Below are positions 62,599 through 64,000 of a stretch of DNA of 64,000 nucleotides, one piece after another. Origin of the DNA: Calcarisporiella thermophila CBS 279.70 (lineage: Eukaryota > Fungi > Calcarisporiellomycota); NCBI RefSeq assembly GCF_041956535.1, contig NW_027192193.1, forward strand, positions 1,312,678 through 1,376,677, in the 5' to 3' direction. The notes under the pieces were generated by a model. It was given only the letters and a program-made list of their open reading frames with translations. It was not told where the DNA came from and searched no databases. Within the stretch, counting starts at the first letter, position 1; every line of letters begins with the position of its first letter. The position numbers and the translations under genes are program-made.

Positions 62599-62859
62599 TT
62601 AACAGCCGCGGTCATCACAACAATGGATCTCGTAATTGGCATTCCAGCGTGTGCAAGAAGGACCAGCATTGTAGCACCGGCCACACATCCAACCTTTGTC
62701 TCGGCATATGCGGTTTGCATAGTTATCACATACAGGGCGGCTATCTGTTCGTAAACACTGCTCAAGGAGGCAAGGGGGGTCTGCCAGTACCCCCATTGCA
62801 AACACAATAATCATCACATAGCTAGTTAGAAATAGGATATTAAAATGAATTGAATGCAT
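62599..62859 (-). CDS. Small secreted cysteine-rich protein (86 aa, 10 Cys in mature part)
   Basis: Hydrophobic signal ending GVLA; mature sequence DPPCLLEQCLRTDSRPVCDNYANRICRDKGWMCGRCYNAGPSCTRWNANYEIHCCDDRGC. Confidence 0.75.
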   Translation of the reverse strand: MHSIHFNILFLTSYVMIIVFAMGVLADPPCLLEQCLRTDSRPVCDNYANRICRDKGWMCGRCYNAGPSCTRWNANYEIHCCDDRGC

Positions 62860-63899
62860 TGCCAAGGTAATAGTTCAGGGCTAAACAATCAAATTGTAAT
62901 TGTGAGGACATAAAACGCGGATTCTCCAAGTCTCTTTAAATACGTATTTTTTAGGTTTTATGTTGGAGGACGATCAGGCGTGACTGATAATCTGAAATTG
63001 TCAGTATTTTAATTTTAAACCTGATTTTTACTAGTTTGTGTATCAACTATATTACCTGTTTACAATTTCTTGTTATTCTTAAATAGTTCAGCTATTTGTC
63101 ATTCTTTTTCTTGAGAAGATTAATATACACTAATTAAAATCCAACATTTTAATATCATAATGAAACTAACGCTAGCAGAATATTATACAGTACCTTATAC
63201 AAAGTATTTTATGCCATCTGAAAGATAATTTTAGAAATGACCCGCCTTTGTGAGGGAGCCAAAATGGCTGATACTTTGTTATTTTCCATTTATAGGTGAA
63301 CCGCTTCATATCCATGCATTTAATCTCTTTTGAATAACCATTCATATCAGTGGCGTTATTATTTTTGACATTGAGGGCTAAATTTGAATTTTGAAAAGTT
63401 TGAAGAGTTGCATGATGCTCTTCAATTCGTATAAACACTTTGAATTTTTTTGAATTATTCAATAGATCCATTCTATACCGACCATACAGTAAATGCTATA
63501 TTCATTCGCATAAAAATAATATTCATTCCATGACTAGTTATTATGTGGTGGCTCATGTATGGCGATAGAAGATTTGGTTGTGTAAAAAATAACCTTCACG
63601 CAGCATTCTCTTCTACAAAGAGCAATTAATTGAGAAAATTAGGTTAGGTGTATTATTCATATTCTGAAATATTTTAATAACCTTAAATCTATTTATATTC
63701 AACAAATGTTACTTACAACCGCGACATCTGATTACGCCTCAGCGAGAGAAGTTTACTTACAATTATTAATAAAAGATGTGTTATAATTCTTACTTAAGCC
63801 TAGCGTATGCGACGGCTTAAGGGAAATGGACAAGGCAAAGTCAGCAGTCCACGCTTCAGGATGATGAGGCCGATTTATTGGATAAAATGAGCTGGTACA

Positions 63900-64000
63900 A
63901 AGAATAAAGAAAACGAAGGTGGATGACGATGCCCAATTTCCTAGTGTTACCACCGTGTCTACGTCGAATCCTCTTAATGCGAGAGTTGCACCCATCTTGC
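63900..64000 (-). mobile_element. C-terminal fragment of a tyrosine recombinase (DIRS/Ngaro or Crypton-type), truncated
   Basis: KMGATLALRGFDVDTVVTLGNWASSSTF matches the YR box II pattern (GAT-A---G------GxW-S--F). The expected catalytic Tyr is not seen and the element runs off the window. Confidence 0.55.

Noticed and set aside
1-64000. tRNA, rRNA, CRISPR arrays and selenoprotein TGA codons
   Set aside because: None recognised by eye, and the intact genes needed no in-frame TGA. A tRNAscan/Infernal run would be needed to exclude small RNAs.

Overview
Eukaryotic nuclear DNA from an intron-rich early-diverging fungus. Short GT-AG introns, a Rom2-type GEF, Cti6, a GT10 fucosyltransferase and a Crinkler relic fit Mucoromycota best, but this placement is inferred. 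The window has two parts. About 0.4-44.7 kb is densely packed with housekeeping genes: bHLH TF, Rom2/Rgf1 RhoGEF, SRR1, TFB2, an LRR protein, a bacterial-type RNase P protein, a divergent CBS paralog, a KASH-like protein, cyclophilin, RPL19, Cti6, RNR1, two GFA genes, an amidase, kinesin-4, an NYN nuclease and a PaaI thioesterase. About 45.7-64 kb is AT-richer and gene-sparse, holding secretory-pathway genes (small secreted peptides, GT10, M14 carboxypeptidase, HExxH protease), a Crinkler-Uma2 pseudogene and transposon relics; it includes a 390-N assembly gap inside a TIR element. The most notable items are absent from or fragmented in the ORF track: (1) a spliced nuclear gene for a bacterial RnpA-type RNase P protein with a likely mitochondrial presequence; (2) a stand-alone 34-aa single C2H2 zinc-finger microprotein gene; (3) a 3-nt microexon needed to build the KRDG ATP-cone motif of RNR1; (4) a CBS paralog with an altered active site near an LRRC58-like adaptor; (5) a small secreted repeat-peptide precursor. 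All gene models were spliced by eye and no database searches were run.
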